NCBI RefSeq assembly: GCF_947568905.1
Contig: NC_079164.1
Coordinates: 103,540,001 to 103,604,000, forward strand
Reading direction: 5' to 3'
Length of the DNA: 64,000 nucleotides
Origin: Ostrea edulis
Taxonomy: Eukaryota
The translations under genes were made by a program, and so were the position numbers. Below are positions 11,549 to 26,000 of this stretch, one piece after another; the first letter of the stretch is position 1, and each line of letters begins with the position of its first letter. The notes under the pieces are model-generated. The model was not told the DNA's origin, ran no database searches, and saw only the letters and a list, made by a program, of their open reading frames with translations.

Positions 11549-14500
11549 TTCACAAGAAACAGCACAAGGTGTGAACAAAGCTGTAGCACATGCTAGTCTT
11601 ATCGAAACATAGCATATTATGACAACTTTTTAATGTTAAGTTGTATATGAAGTTTACAGACGAGTATATAGTTGTTTTACTTGAGTTAGGTGTAAAATGA
11701 AGACGCCTTGGTAACGGCCTCTCAGCTTCCTTGTGTAGTCGACACTTTCATTCATTCTTAAATTATATTTCAAATTTTTATGTATATTCTTTTAAACGTA
11801 GACTAAGTTTCAAGGAAAGCGAAAAATTATAATCGAGTAAGTCGCACTTTGTCATGAAATATAGATAGTTAAACTCATTCATTTACAGTTTGTAATATAT
11901 TCTCTTTAGAAAAGTGGACAGGCATAGCTTACATCCATTTCTCTTCTCAAACTTTTTGGAAAATGTGTAAATACCAGAACCAGTGACTGCTTATGCTTTG
12001 ATCAAAGTATTGTAATTTTACGAAAATATTGATTTGTGTAACATACAAGTAGTTTCGACATTCGATTTCTAGACATTCTGTCCCATTATCAATCCGTCCC
12101 TTAGTCGATTCGTCCCTTTACCGATCCATAGTTGATACGTCCCCTAGTCAATCCGTCCCAGAAAAAATAACTTGCCACGTTTTTGAACTGTTTTTCCAAG
12201 TGTTATTTACAGTACTGAAATGGTTTAATTCATCTGCGTATTTCCTCTTAATTGTGTGTGCCTCTGACATCAGGTGGTAATCCTTTGATATGCTCTCTGG
12301 TATTTATGGCTTGATTGCAGACTAACATAACATAATTCATGATGAAACAACTATTAAGCAATGAAATATGAATGAAATGGTAAACCTTTGTTGCATGTAC
12401 AATGCTGCCATTTTTTGCACCTTTCACACTCTAATACTTGCTGCCGGGGACGGACCTCCTGGTGACAGTACTGGCATGGAAACTCCATTGTCAGAATGAT
12501 GGGCCATTTTGAAGATTGGCTTAAGATATCCTTGGTTTCAGTAGATCAAAAAGTATTTCTAAGCTCTGAGCAATTCTTTGAACTTCTGGAGTTTTGTTTT
12601 AAAAAAACTTCTAATAGTTAGGTTACTGTAAGCTCGCAATTAATGATCAAAGATTGTAAAACAATGCAGTTATAAAAACTCTTAAAGTGTTGTTTTCATT
12701 AAGGTGTCTTCACAATGAGTAATTGCTATACAAACTTAAATAACAATGTTTTTACACTTTTTTATAACCAATTCTACTGATTATCACACTTCACACAAAA
12801 ATCATAAAGCCTAAGGGTTGTACAAACAATTGTATTTACATACCTAACTCCAACAGTTATTTAATTTTGATAACTAACTGCAATATGTATGCAAAAACTT
12901 CCTTTTTTCTTAAGTAATTAATCATTTATTATATCATCATTAAAAAAAATTTGGAGGGGCCGGATCGACTAAGCAAAATGAGCCGAATCGACCATGGGAC
13001 GGACCGACTGTGGGACAGATCGACCTGACACCCAACTTTAACATTAATTATATGATTAATACAAGAAAATCAACACTTGCTGTTAATCCATATCACATGT
13101 TCTCTGTCCTGGATTTGAAGTATGTACTTATCTCTATTGGTGGTTAAAAAAAATCCGAAATTGGAAAAATTTGGAAAAATTAGTGAATATGCATTTTGGT
13201 TCTCAGGAAGCTTTTTGACATTTAATTTTTATTCAGACATGCTTTTTTATTTATTTTTTTTTTTGGATATAAACTAGATTAATCTTTTTAACTATGACGA
13301 AAACCTTTTCAAGAACCAAAATGTGTGTTTACTAATATTCCAAATTTTCCGACTTTGATATATTTTTTCTACCGCCTTAGATATGAACACCAGTGATTGA
13401 AACCAGATCTTTGATCCACACTGATAATCTGATGTCACTAATACAAAAATCGCAAGACATCATGTATAGGGTCACATCAGAATGAACTTTAGATAAAGCA
13501 ATCAAATCATCGCTGGCAGAATCGTTGGTGGTAGGAATAAGTGACTGAATCCCGAAGTGTTCCAGAGAATGACTTCCAAAGGAACCATAAATGTAGTCTG
13601 GTCCCCTCCTTACTGTCTGTTTGTGCACTCTCTCTGACTTCTGTGAATGCTGAATTCTACATGTAAGAAAGGTTTGATTGGTTCCTACAGAAACATTTGA
13701 TTGGATGACCTCTGGTCACCAAAGTTCATGCCTATGTGACCCTATAAAGGATGTCTTCAGATATTTGTATTAGTTAGCGACATTAGAATATTGGAGCAGA
13801 TCAAAGATCTGGTTTTAGTCATATTGAAATGAACACACGGTTCTGATATGGGACAGGGAACATTTGGAAATGGATTAAGTGTTGATTTCCTTGTGACAGA
13901 TGCATTCTTTAATGTTAAAGTTGTGGAAATGATTTGGATGTAAGCTATGCCTGTCCACTTCCTTAAAGAGAATATATGAGTTCTAGTAATAGTATTTGAC
14001 TTGTTAATGCAGCAAACAATGTTCTTATGTAAATGTATCATAGCTGTCTATGAATATGTTTGCAACATTGACGATTGCTTTGTGTTTTGTTATTGCATTG
14101 TCATAATGTTGTATGCTTGATATGGAAAAATGAATAATTAAAAGTATAGTGAGACTATCATAGTCCAATAGCCATAGGGCATGTAGTATAAAATTAGTTC
14201 AGTATTTTACGAGGGCTGTTCGATATGTACTGTTAATGTGTATTGTACCACAGCACGATAAAACTTTGCATGATTTCATGGATGATGATACTCTTGAATA
14301 GCTCTATTCAATACCTTTCTGATTGGTATATACACGAGCCTTCAGCTCCACAAAGTTTTAAACTTGTAGTCATTTCAATAGATCCAGTCGTTGACCACTG
14401 TTGTAAAAATGGTTGGGAAACGGGTTGAGAATATTGAAAAAATTAGAGCTTGTATAAAAGTTCTCACAAAACTCGGTCATTCGGTAATGCAGATTTTTAC

Positions 14501-17500
14501 TGAATTGGGGGAAATTTATGGGTCTTATAAGGTATCTTATGAGACAGTTCATAAGTGGAGAAAGAAATTTCTGACTGGCAAAGAGTCCGTCAAAGATGCA
14601 GCAAAATCTGGACAACCTGTGACTGTAACAGACAAGGCAAATGTCTCAAAAGTCAGGGAAATAATTGAAAATGATGGCAGATACATGATTCGTGATATTG
14701 CCAAAGCTGTTGGCATATCGCCATCGCGGGTGCATTTCATTTTGAAGCGTATTGTGAAAGTACGAAAGATTTCTGCTAGATGGATACCGCATATATTGAC
14801 AGATGACCAAAAATGTGTATGAGTACAAACCGCTAAGCAATTGCTCAAAGGGTTTCCCAAATTCAATCAAAGACAATTTGCGAACAATGTTACTGATGAC
14901 GAAACGTGGGTTCACTATTTTGAACCAGTAAGAAAAGTTGGAAACAAAATACGGAGCCGTACAAATTCCGGTGCCGAAGGGCAAAAGTGTTACAGGTCGG
15001 TATTACCGAGATGTTATACTAAAACAGCTCAAGAAATATGATCATAAACGACGCCCTGTGTCAGGATTTAGGCATGTTCGTCTGCTTCATGTTAATGCTC
15101 CATCACATACATCTGAGCTTGTGAAGCAATTTTTTTAAGTTGGAGAAGGTTACTGTCTTGCCACATCCACCATACTCACCAGATCTAGCCCCATGCGACT
15201 TTTTCCTTTTTCCAAAACATAAAAAGTTCTTATCTGGTCGTCGTTACAAGTCCCGACAAGCCCTTGGCTCAGCCATTAGTCAGTGCCTCAGAGGTCTACC
15301 TAATTCAGCGTACCGTGACACATTTCAGAAATGGATTTTAGAGATTGAAATTATGTATTTCAAACCCCAGAGAATACTTTGAATGTTCATTTCACTATTT
15401 GAGTCGAATGCATTTGAGATGTACAATACACATTACATATCGAACAGCCCTCGTAATCTTGTACTACCACCTTTATTCTGTATCAAAACTCCATTAAATC
15501 TATATAATTCTGGTTATGAATATCATTTAGATAATGAATATGATAAAATAATTCATATTATTGGAATAAACATTCTTTTTGAAGAATTTATCGATGTGTA
15601 AACTCTGGACATTTTACTCACAAACTGAATAAAAGTGCAAAGCACTTTTATGTTAAGTTTGCATCACCGGGCATGCCAAGGAGTTGAAACTAGTAAATAA
15701 ATATGATTGGTTACACTTCAGATGTGTAAAAAACAGATTTTTATTACTGTTACACAAAACAATCTCCTCATTAGATCCATCACTTCCTCTTTTGTATGAT
15801 GAAATCAATTCAAACGAAGACAATGTCGTCACATCTATCCTCTTGCCATTTAGTTAATTATTTAAACTGAAAGCTGAAATTGAAAAAAAGGAGATTTGAA
15901 AATTCTGAAATATGTAAATGTTACTAATTTTACATTTAAGATTTTTGGACTGATTTATGTTTATTGTCGGACATTCATGATTTTTATCAGCAAATTTGAC
16001 ACTTTTCAAAAACTCTGCCATGTTTTCTCGACACCACTGATTCTTACAGTACGATAGGCATGATGAAGAACCTTTACAGCATTTGGCAGAATTTGGGTTT
16101 AAATTATTAGACTAACTCAATATAACTTAAAATTAAAAATAAACCTTTTATGAACTTAAAATTTAGCCAACAAAGTACATGCTTAAGTTGGGCCTAAGTG
16201 ATTTTAAAAGTTTTAAAAAAACATTTCATTATCAACTACTTTCAAACTAGCAAATATCAAATGAATTTCTTATCAAATATGTATAATGGCGATTGTATTT
16301 TCATTATCATATTAGTTTGAAGGTAGAAGCTTGTGTAAGCTTCTCTAATCAAAATTTTTCTTCTGTCTCTTCGTAAACTTTCTACATTTTGACTTCTCAA
16401 GAACTACAAAACCAATTTCAACCAAACCTTGGCACAAAGCATTTTTGGGTGAAAGCAATTTAGATTTGTTAAAATAGAGGGATCACATCCCTTTCCAATC
16501 AGATATGAATAAGAAATACATGTAGTAAAAATTGGAAGTTGCAAAAATCTTTACAGGAGCCACTGAACCAGAAAAACTATACTTTGCTTAGAAGCTTCTT
16601 CTATATTGAAGATTCAAGTCTTTTTTAATTAAGAGCTACCTGAGTTCATTTTGTTAAACTAATATATACAAATTCATCTTGTAGTGTAGATTAGGATGAG
16701 GTTCACATTTTTTTTAAAATGATCTTCTCAAGAATCAAAGGGTGCAAAATGTCAAATGTGTATGCATGAGTCCTCATGGAATGTGCGTTTAAGTTTGTTC
16801 AGGGTGAGATCACAATCGGAGTTCAAAATGTTACATGGGAATAAATATATTTCCACTTAAATCTTCAAGGTCCAATAAGGCTCAGTGAAGTTGGTGTGTA
16901 AGAAGCCTCCTGTTGTGTTAGTTCAGATTTCTGCAGGTCACGGCCACTGGGTTCAGGGCAGAACCTTATATAGTGGTTCAACATTTTATGTAGGAATATA
17001 TAATATGGGAAAATTCTTTGAAAATTTTCTTCTCAAGAACCATTAGGGGAACATGGCAAATTAATATGCAAGCATGTAGACTCAACTGTGCGTGGCAGTG
17101 GTAAGGCCATGATTAAAATTCAATGTATACATGGGAAATTGCAACTTTTCAAGTGTGTGATAATCTGTTAACAGAAAGTTAAAATCATGTTAGCAAGTGG
17201 TTGTTGCAGTAACACAGCAATACTGATAGTGAGTTTCACGAAAATATGAGAACATGTACATGTATTTCCCAGGATTTTGTCAAACCTGAATTCAATATCA
17301 ACTATCGTGCAGTGCATATCATTCTTATCATATATTTGTATTTTCAGTTCCCAGAAACTTTAAGCTGTTGGATGAACTTGAACAAGGACAGAAGGGGGGT
17401 GATGGCAGTATAAGCTGGGGTTTAGACAATGATGATGATATGAGCCTGACATATTGGAATGGAATGATTTTAGGTCCACCAAGGGTAAGTGAGCTAAGAA

Positions 17501-20051
17501 GAGAATTCAGTGTTTCAGAATTCCTCAAGCCAGATATCCAGGACTTGCTGGTTTCTGGTTTGAACTCGACCATTAGAAACACCACAAGTCTAAAATAAAA
17601 TAAAAATTTGACAAGACGGAGGTCAATATTGTAAAATAGAAGTGGTATTGTTGTCTATAATTTCATTGAAGTTTGTGTTGTAAGTAATACTTCAACATAT
17701 ACAATGCCTGGGCTGTCCAAAAAGTTCACGGACAGTGGTGTTTTATAAAAGTTCACGGACAGTGGTGTTTTATAAAAGTTCATGGACAGTGGTGTTTTAT
17801 AAAAGTTCACGGACAGTGGTGTTTTATAAAAGTTCACGGACAGTGGTGTTTTATAAAAGTTCACGGACAGTGGTGTTTTATAAAAGTTCACGGACAGTGG
17901 TGTTTTATAAAAGTTCACGGACAGTGGTGTTTTATAAAAGTTCACGGACAGTGGTGTTTTATAAAAGTTCACAGACAGTAGTGTTTTATAAAAGTTCACG
18001 GACAGTGGTGTTTTATAAAAGTTCACGGACAGTGGTGTTTTATAAAAGTTCACAGACAGTGGTGTTTTATAAAAGTTCACAGACAGTGGTGTTTTGTCAT
18101 TTTGATTGGGTTGAGATCTACATACTGTATACCAAAATATTTGTTATGAAATTCCAAGTCAAACTAAGTTGGTTTTAAAGTTTTCACTTAAAAAGTATTG
18201 GAGGGCATGCACTGCCTAGGAAAACAGTTACAAACTTTGGAATTAAGTTTTTGCATTCACTTGGTTATATCTTTTGATAAAACAGGTCAAAACTACACAG
18301 AATTTAAATGTGATGTAACAAAAACAACTACTGTCATTAGTGTCAATTATATGACAAATTAAGGAGGTATCAAGAAACAACTTTATTTAAGAAATAGATC
18401 TCTATAAATGCCCCCAAAACTGGTGTTGGCCATCCAAACGGAAGAGCATGCAATGAAAGAAAATTTCTGTGTTGACCTGTGAGAAGCTCGGAGATGAAAA
18501 AATAATGAAAGTAACGGGGAATATTTGGAATATACCCAGGTTGTTGATTTACAATTGACATGAACAGTTTTCCAATGATTTGGTAGATGTTGCAAGAAGT
18601 GAAAGACCACTTTTATGTAATGAAAATGTGAAATCCATATTCCTGACGTTACTGTGAGAGACAGATAGATGTCTTGTGGTGAGAGAAGTCGTGTCTGTGA
18701 TGTCCTCATCGAGAACAGTAAAGCATATTCTAGTGTATTCGATTCTCAGCTAAGGAGATGTGAGAAGTGTGTACAGCAGACTGCATTGAAAAAAGGATAT
18801 TCATGATCACAACGTAACAGAAATGTTAATCTGGCTATACATTGGGCTAGACCATGTGACTTGTACTTAATACAAAGTATATCTGCTGATAACACACTAA
18901 AATGAATTGTGCATTGTTCTGATATTTGTATATTTACATTATCAAGGCCCATATTAAACTGTTATCCCACACAACTGCCACAGTCATTAAAGAGAAAAAT
19001 AGCATGTGTCCACAAACTTTTTGGACAGTCCTTTTATTTTCTATGCATTAATCAACATGAGTGATTCACCATATCAAACATTTTGTAATTTTGAATTTAA
19101 AAAAGCTAGGATTATGACATTCTACAACCAAACTGGACACATAGCCAAATAGGAATTGATCACTTGCTAACATCACAGTACTAGTACTACTGGAAAAATA
19201 CTTTTATGTAGCTAATCTGTAATAAATGTACTTCCTTTTTAAGGCCAAGTGTAGCATATAGGCAGTTTTTAGTTCACCTGAGTTTGGTTTAGGGCTTAAT
19301 GCTCATCATAATCATGCCAGCAGTGCAGACATAAAGTAGGAGATTTTCTAAGACACACAGTGTATTGCATTTGAACATTTTGGTCCCACCTACCCTACCC
19401 ATTAGCAATAGGTTACATGAGTGACTTAGGTGACCTTAAAATATATTTATAGAACATAAATAGAAAATTGCTTTTTACTGGGATGTGATCAAACATACTG
19501 ACTTAGAAAGAATTCTAATTTTTCAAATGTTTAAGATAGTTATACCAGTATATCTATCATCTAGTACAAAGTATAAAAATGGAAAAGTTTAAAGCAATAC
19601 AAGCTGTAACTTATGGTATTTTTTCAACTATCCAATTATGCACCAAATAATTATTAATAATACGTGAAAGGTGTGATTAATATAATCATTAAGATCTGAT
19701 GAAAAATTCAGCAAAAGAAACAAGAGAATATTGTTGGAGAGCATACCTACAATAAGCGTTTCATATAAACCATTATAGCATCGTATACACAGACATAGGA
19801 ACATCGGGTTGCTGAGACTGAGGTCATATACAACGACGGAAACTGGTGTGAGTGACTGCACGTCCACATTTTGTTTATTCTATTTAAACTATTACATTGT
19901 GTCATGAATGACTTGAAGTATTATAAGTGTAAGAAAGTAATTAAAAATCACGCGAATGTGTCACTGAAATGAAATTTTGATAATGAATTTGCTGAAAAAT
20001 TGGCATATTGAATTGTTCGCAATCCGACACGTGCAGTGCCTCTCTTTTAGG

Positions 20052-20086
<35 letters not shown>

Positions 20087-23000
20087 ATTCATACCATTCG
20101 ATTCGATGCACCGATTACAAATTCCGGATTTCGGTTCGGTTCGGTTTAGATTTTACTTACACCAAAACAACAAATATGGCGTCCGAGTGATGTTGAAAAC
20201 ATGTGGGTTTTTTATGCAACGGAGATTTAAATCACTTCTGTGTTAAGAGTTAGCATTTTCACCACTCAGATACCAACAGAATATGGTCCGTAAGATCATT
20301 GCAGATTATCTTTACATGGCATATAGCATTTCTGTCAGTGGTGGAGTGAAATCAACATCGTAGGTAATGACACAGATTTGACAGTTAACATGAGAGAAGT
20401 AAATCAATAAAGGAGAGATTTTCAAAGACTCTCAATTGATAGAATTGTTGAATTTTTGCATATCAATGAAAACAATATCATATACATTTTAGATTCACTA
20501 TAGATTTGTTTAATAATCCAAAACTTATGCAGCACATTAATATAACAAATTTTGATAGACTGTCAGTGTTTTCTTTTTTCTATCAAAGTTATAAAATGCC
20601 ATTATGAATAGATATGATGTTTACAAATGACAACATATAGTTATATAACTTGAATTAAATCAAATCAAATATGCTACTCATTAAAATTGTTAATTTTTGT
20701 GGTGTCATTAGATAAATTGAACCTAACATGAACCGAATCGAAAATAACCGAACCGTGCTGTTCTGAATCGAAACCGAACCGAATCGAGCTAACCCTGAAT
20801 CATCCCAGCCCTACTCTCTTTCACATTTTTTACAGGTTTATTGCTTCAGATTCACCATGATTCTATCAAGTTACAGTAAAATATCTCGAACGAGTCGAAG
20901 TCCAAGGGACCTCGAAAAAACTTAGAGATATCCGGGGGTTCGAGATATCCAAAATCGATCTTGAATATTTATTTTTTGAAGGAGGATATTTGATGCATAG
21001 TATGAGATTTGCATTATAAACAACAACCTCGTTGCCGTTTCTTATAGTTTAATGCATTAAGTTGATATATTAATATGGTGGAATTTCAAAGACAAACATT
21101 TCATTTTTTTTAATATACATGTATATAAACATCCTATTGAGTTCACAATGTGTTTCAAAATAAAGATGATCGTGCTTGTATGCTTACTTTTTAAAAGTTT
21201 ACTGATGTCCAGGCTCGACTGGGATGTAGTTATTGCGCTTTAGTGAAAGAACCTAGCACGTAAGAAACAAAAAAGACGGAATTTAAAAAGAAAAACTTAA
21301 TTGTATGATTAAATAACTTTAAAGTGTTTTCTCTTTCTAATTTTAATGATGAAGTGTGTATTATGAAATGCATTATCGTTATTAAGAGCATTATCTTCAA
21401 GTGCACTGCGACAATTTTGTGCGTTTTTCTAACCCACATGTTAATGATATAGCGTGCATCATTCAAAACACCATCCCAGGAATCGAGTGTGTTAGTTCAT
21501 AATTGGTGGTGAACTTTAGCCGTAATTTTGGAAGGCTTCACTAATCACCCAAGCCTATGACCCATTTATTGCAACCTGGGTCTACTCAGAAAAGGCAAGT
21601 GTGGATTAGCAGTCATTAATTATAATTGGTGTAGCCACGGGTGTGAATGTGTGACATAATGATGCCAGGTATGATAAACAGAGCGGAAAATTGACCGCAC
21701 TTCGAGATAAACCAGGTGAATTTAGGGTATGGGACCTTGAAAATACTTCGACATAAGCGGGGTATTCGAGATTAATGTGTTCGAAATATCAGAAGTTTTT
21801 AAAATCATTTATATAGGGAAAATGGCCGGGACCAGCGGTCAGCTTCGACTCAAGCGGGGTATTCGAGATACAGATATTTTACTGTATATATATTCAACCA
21901 CAAATATGTTACTATATTTGTTATTTTATTTTCAATTTATTTACTGCCTGTTACAGCTTATATTGCTTTAAAAAAATGTTCATATCCAGGTGACTGTTTA
22001 AGGCCCATGGGCCTCTTTTTTTAATAGATATTTTCAATAAAGGTCAAAATTATACTGTGTTGGAGGCACAAGTAACATTACTGTACTTTTGGTGGTCATT
22101 ATTTTCATGACAGTTTGCCATAAAATATTTCTATTTACTTTCAGACGCCGTTTGAAAGTAGGATTTATTCCTTAAAGATAGAATGTGGCCCTCAGTATCC
22201 AGATAGGCCTCCCACTGTCAGGTTTGCCACTAGGATAAAAATGACGTGTGTAAACGAATCTTCTGGAGTAGTAAGTTATCCTTAATCATATTACCACACA
22301 TTGTCCTGAAAGTTTTACGTAGAAGAAACGAAAGATAACATTTAAGAAGGATATAGATAGCAAGTCAATGGGAGATGGAAGTGAGTTGCGTTCCCGTTTC
22401 CCACTAGGCGGCGATACTTGTCCTGGTTCAAGAACATCTTATTTACATTGGATGCGAGAGATAACAGTGTAAAGTTTCTTCTCTTATATTTCCAATCAGT
22501 GCAGTGAACTTTTCAAAAAATTATCATGAAGAGTTAATGAGTTCAGTTTAAAAACGAATTAAGAAAAAGAAATATGGGAACCTTTGGTCAGAGGAGAGAA
22601 ACTTGTCGACAGGTAATTTGATACTTGCGTGAATTTAAAAAAAAAAAAAAAAAAAAAGAAGGGTTTTTTGGGGGTTTTTTTTTTTTCAACTGTTAGAAAT
22701 ACCAACTTTGGAAAAGCAGAGAATCTTGACCCAGATTTTTATGTGACACTGCCTAATAACAATACATCCTCGGACATCTGTATTCAGATACCCCATCATT
22801 GTGTGTTTTGACAATCGGTACAATGCATAAATATTTTGATAAGAACTTAGTTACTTACAGGCGTAGCTTCAATTGTGGCAATGAGGCAACTGCCTCACTA
22901 GACTTTTCACAACCCCACTCTCACCCCACCCACCCTTTCATCAAAATAAATGCTGTATGCAATTTTAACACTCAATGATATTGTTATAAAGTAATGTGTA

Positions 23001-26000
23001 TTGAACAAACAATTAATTCTCTACCATCAAGCAATCGGCATGGAGATTAGTTACACTTATAGCAGTTAATATAAGTCAATTAATGTTTCAATAAAGTTTG
23101 GGATTAAATTAACTTCAAAGAGATCAAACTCTAAATAGCTCTGATAAATAAACAATTTGATAAATAAATAAAATAGTCATTAAAAAAAATTTTTATGAAA
23201 AGGAAAATAGAAGTGTACAGTACTATGTCAGTTGGTTCTTTGCCTTGCGATTGAAGATCGTTTTCTACAATCAGATGTCTTAAGCATTGGAGCAGGTCTA
23301 CTATGAACAGTGATCTTAGGCTGGTTGGTCTTGCTTTGCTGCATTCAAACTAAAATCAGATCTTCTCTAACTGATACACTCTAGTGTAATGGTTAGAGAT
23401 ATCTTATTTTAATGTAGATTTGCTTTGCTGTGTATTCACACGAATCAGACAATTTCAAGAATTCTTGATAGATTTGCGTTTTTTTATGACACCTGTTACT
23501 GGTGGAATTTACAAAATTGTGTGCAGAAAATGCATGATTTTTGCATTCACTATTCCTAAAATCTCTTTTCTCTCATCTTCTTTAGTGCTATTGATACTAA
23601 ATTGAAAGTAAATAGATATTTAGGAAGAACAGGTAGTCCTTTACTAAAATTGTATTTTTGATTATTCCAGGGGTAGGGGTTTTGGTATCAGGGTGGGGCC
23701 AAAATGGTCAGTTATTAAATGTGTGAACAATAGACATTTTTAACTTCATCTTGACAACTATCATTCCAATTCTTTTCAAATTTGGTATGAAACATATTTG
23801 GAACAAGGGGAACATAAATTGTAAATTTCAGGATTCCTGCACCCCTGGGGCCTTAGGGGTGGGGCAAAAACTGCCCCAAAATGACAAATTTTCAAAAGTC
23901 TTCTTCTCAAGAACCACACACATATAAGAAAAACTAAATGCATACGTGATAGTAATGTAGAGCAGGAAGGTCTCTACCAAAATTGTAAATTTCATGATCC
24001 CCGGGGTAGGGGTTCTGACCCCAGGGCGGGACCAAACCTGGTTATATATTGTTTATATGTAAAACACTTAAATAACATCTTCTTTAGTGCTATTGATACT
24101 AAATTGAAAGTAAATAGATATTTAGAAAGAACAGGTAGTCCTTTACCAAAATTGTAAATTTGATTTTCCCTAGAGTAAGGGTTTTGACCCCAGGGTGAGG
24201 CCAAACTTAGTATATATGGTATTTATGTGTAAGTTTGCTGATACTGTATAAAATCTAAATGCATACTTAGAAATAGCAGAAAAGGATGTACAAAAAATGG
24301 TGAATTTCACAACCCAGGGTTATGACTTTAGGATGAGTCCAAATTAGTCTGACATATATTTTGATGTTTTAATGTTAATACACCTATTATTTAATGCCTT
24401 GCATCAGTGTTTGCACTTTTGAAGGCAGTGAAGTTTTAAGAACACATCTTGTTTTATACTGTTGCAGAACATTAGAATTTAGCTTAGATAATCAGAACAG
24501 GACATTTTTTCTAGATTTCATAGCCCATGGAAGTAGTGATACTTTTTCACTAGTATTCAGGTCACCGATAAGGCCTGTGGGCCTCTTGTTTCATGAGTGT
24601 TTACTCTTGGATCCAATCTAATTAAAATCAGATCATAAGATACACTCACAATCGCTACAATAGGATCTTACAAAACCCCACAGGGGTCACATCTGCATGA
24701 CCTTTCGCTTGGAATATCCATGAGAATTATCAATTGGTCAGATTGCACCATACAGACAGTGATGGCTATTTAGGCCGTTCCCGGCAATTCGTAAACAAGT
24801 TGCAGTAATCTCTCTCCCATGAAGTTTATTCTACACTATAAAATTGTATATTCTCATTAGGAATTTTAAACTTTGGCAATTATAATGCCTTATTTATTCA
24901 GTTCATACAAACAACAAACCGTACGATATAAAATACACCCAAATTAAATTAATTGTGAATTGTGATTTATGTATGAATAGGGATGGGTACGATTTGAATA
25001 GTTTTCAAGTTGGTTTACTTAATTAACGGAATATATCGCCAGTCGATGTAAACGGTGCATTGTGACGTCACATCTAGCTGCGATGTTTTCTTTCAAACCA
25101 AACAATTGTAGCCATTTTCCTTGAATTGTGAACACCGATGATTTCATAGGTGACACGCTGATTGGCTAACATAAAGTTCACATGAACACGACCCCTACAG
25201 TCAGGTTATGTCAGATCTTCTTGCGTAGATCTAAGAAGTCTGATTTTAATTAGATTGAACTTGGACCGGGACACGTAGGACCACTATTAACAACAACTCA
25301 CTGCTATCCCCCGTTGTTCACTGTAATTATGTGCATGTAAATTCATGCATGATCCCGTGAAAGTCATTCATTTTATATGTTGGTGTCAGCATGTAGAGGT
25401 AAATATATTATCTAATCACTGTCACTTTTTCAAAATTTGAAACACTTATTTTTATGCCCCCTTTGAAAAAGAGGGGACATATTGTTTTGCACCTGTTGGT
25501 TAGTCTGTAGCCCTAGGCTTGTCTGCTCAATATCTTTGCCTGACAGATACCAGACTTGGTACAATGGTTACCCCTAGAGAGTACTACTAGATTTTGCATG
25601 TCACAAATTCAAAAATCAAAAGTCAGTCTGTTAGTCTAAACCAAGTCCTGTCCTCTCAATATGTAAAGAACCCTTTGCTTGACAGTTACTAAACTTGGTA
25701 CAGTAGTTGCCCCAGGTGAGTAGGTGACCCTTATTGATTTTCAGGTCACAAATTCCAAGGTCAAGGGTCAAACTGGACATAGTAAGATATTGTGTGCTCA
25801 GTGTCCTGAAAACACTTTGCTCGACATACATCAGACTTGGTATAGTGGTTTTGCCTAAGGAGTAGATGACTATCGATTTTGAGGTCAAAAGTCAATGGTC
25901 AAACTATTCTGGACATAAAATATTGTTCCCTCAATATCTTAAGAATCCTTTGCTTCACATACATCAAACTTGGTACACTAGTTCTACTGAAGAGATGATT

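Noticed and set aside
13377-14041. Coding-looking minus-strand ORFs (83 and 94 aa) as a nested gene in UBE2V intron 1
   Set aside because: 13400-13495 and 13720-13816 are diverged inverted copies of each other (old fold-back element); no splice-consistent model.
17655-18178. 141-aa and 147-aa repeat ORFs
   Set aside because: Translations of a 27-bp (multiple of 3) minisatellite inside an intron, open on both strands.
22145-22270. Cys in UBE2V '[10 protein letters not shown]' as a restored E2 catalytic cysteine
   Set aside because: By alignment it falls at the HPN-motif position; the catalytic position (GxxC) reads GVIE, so this is a normal inactive variant.
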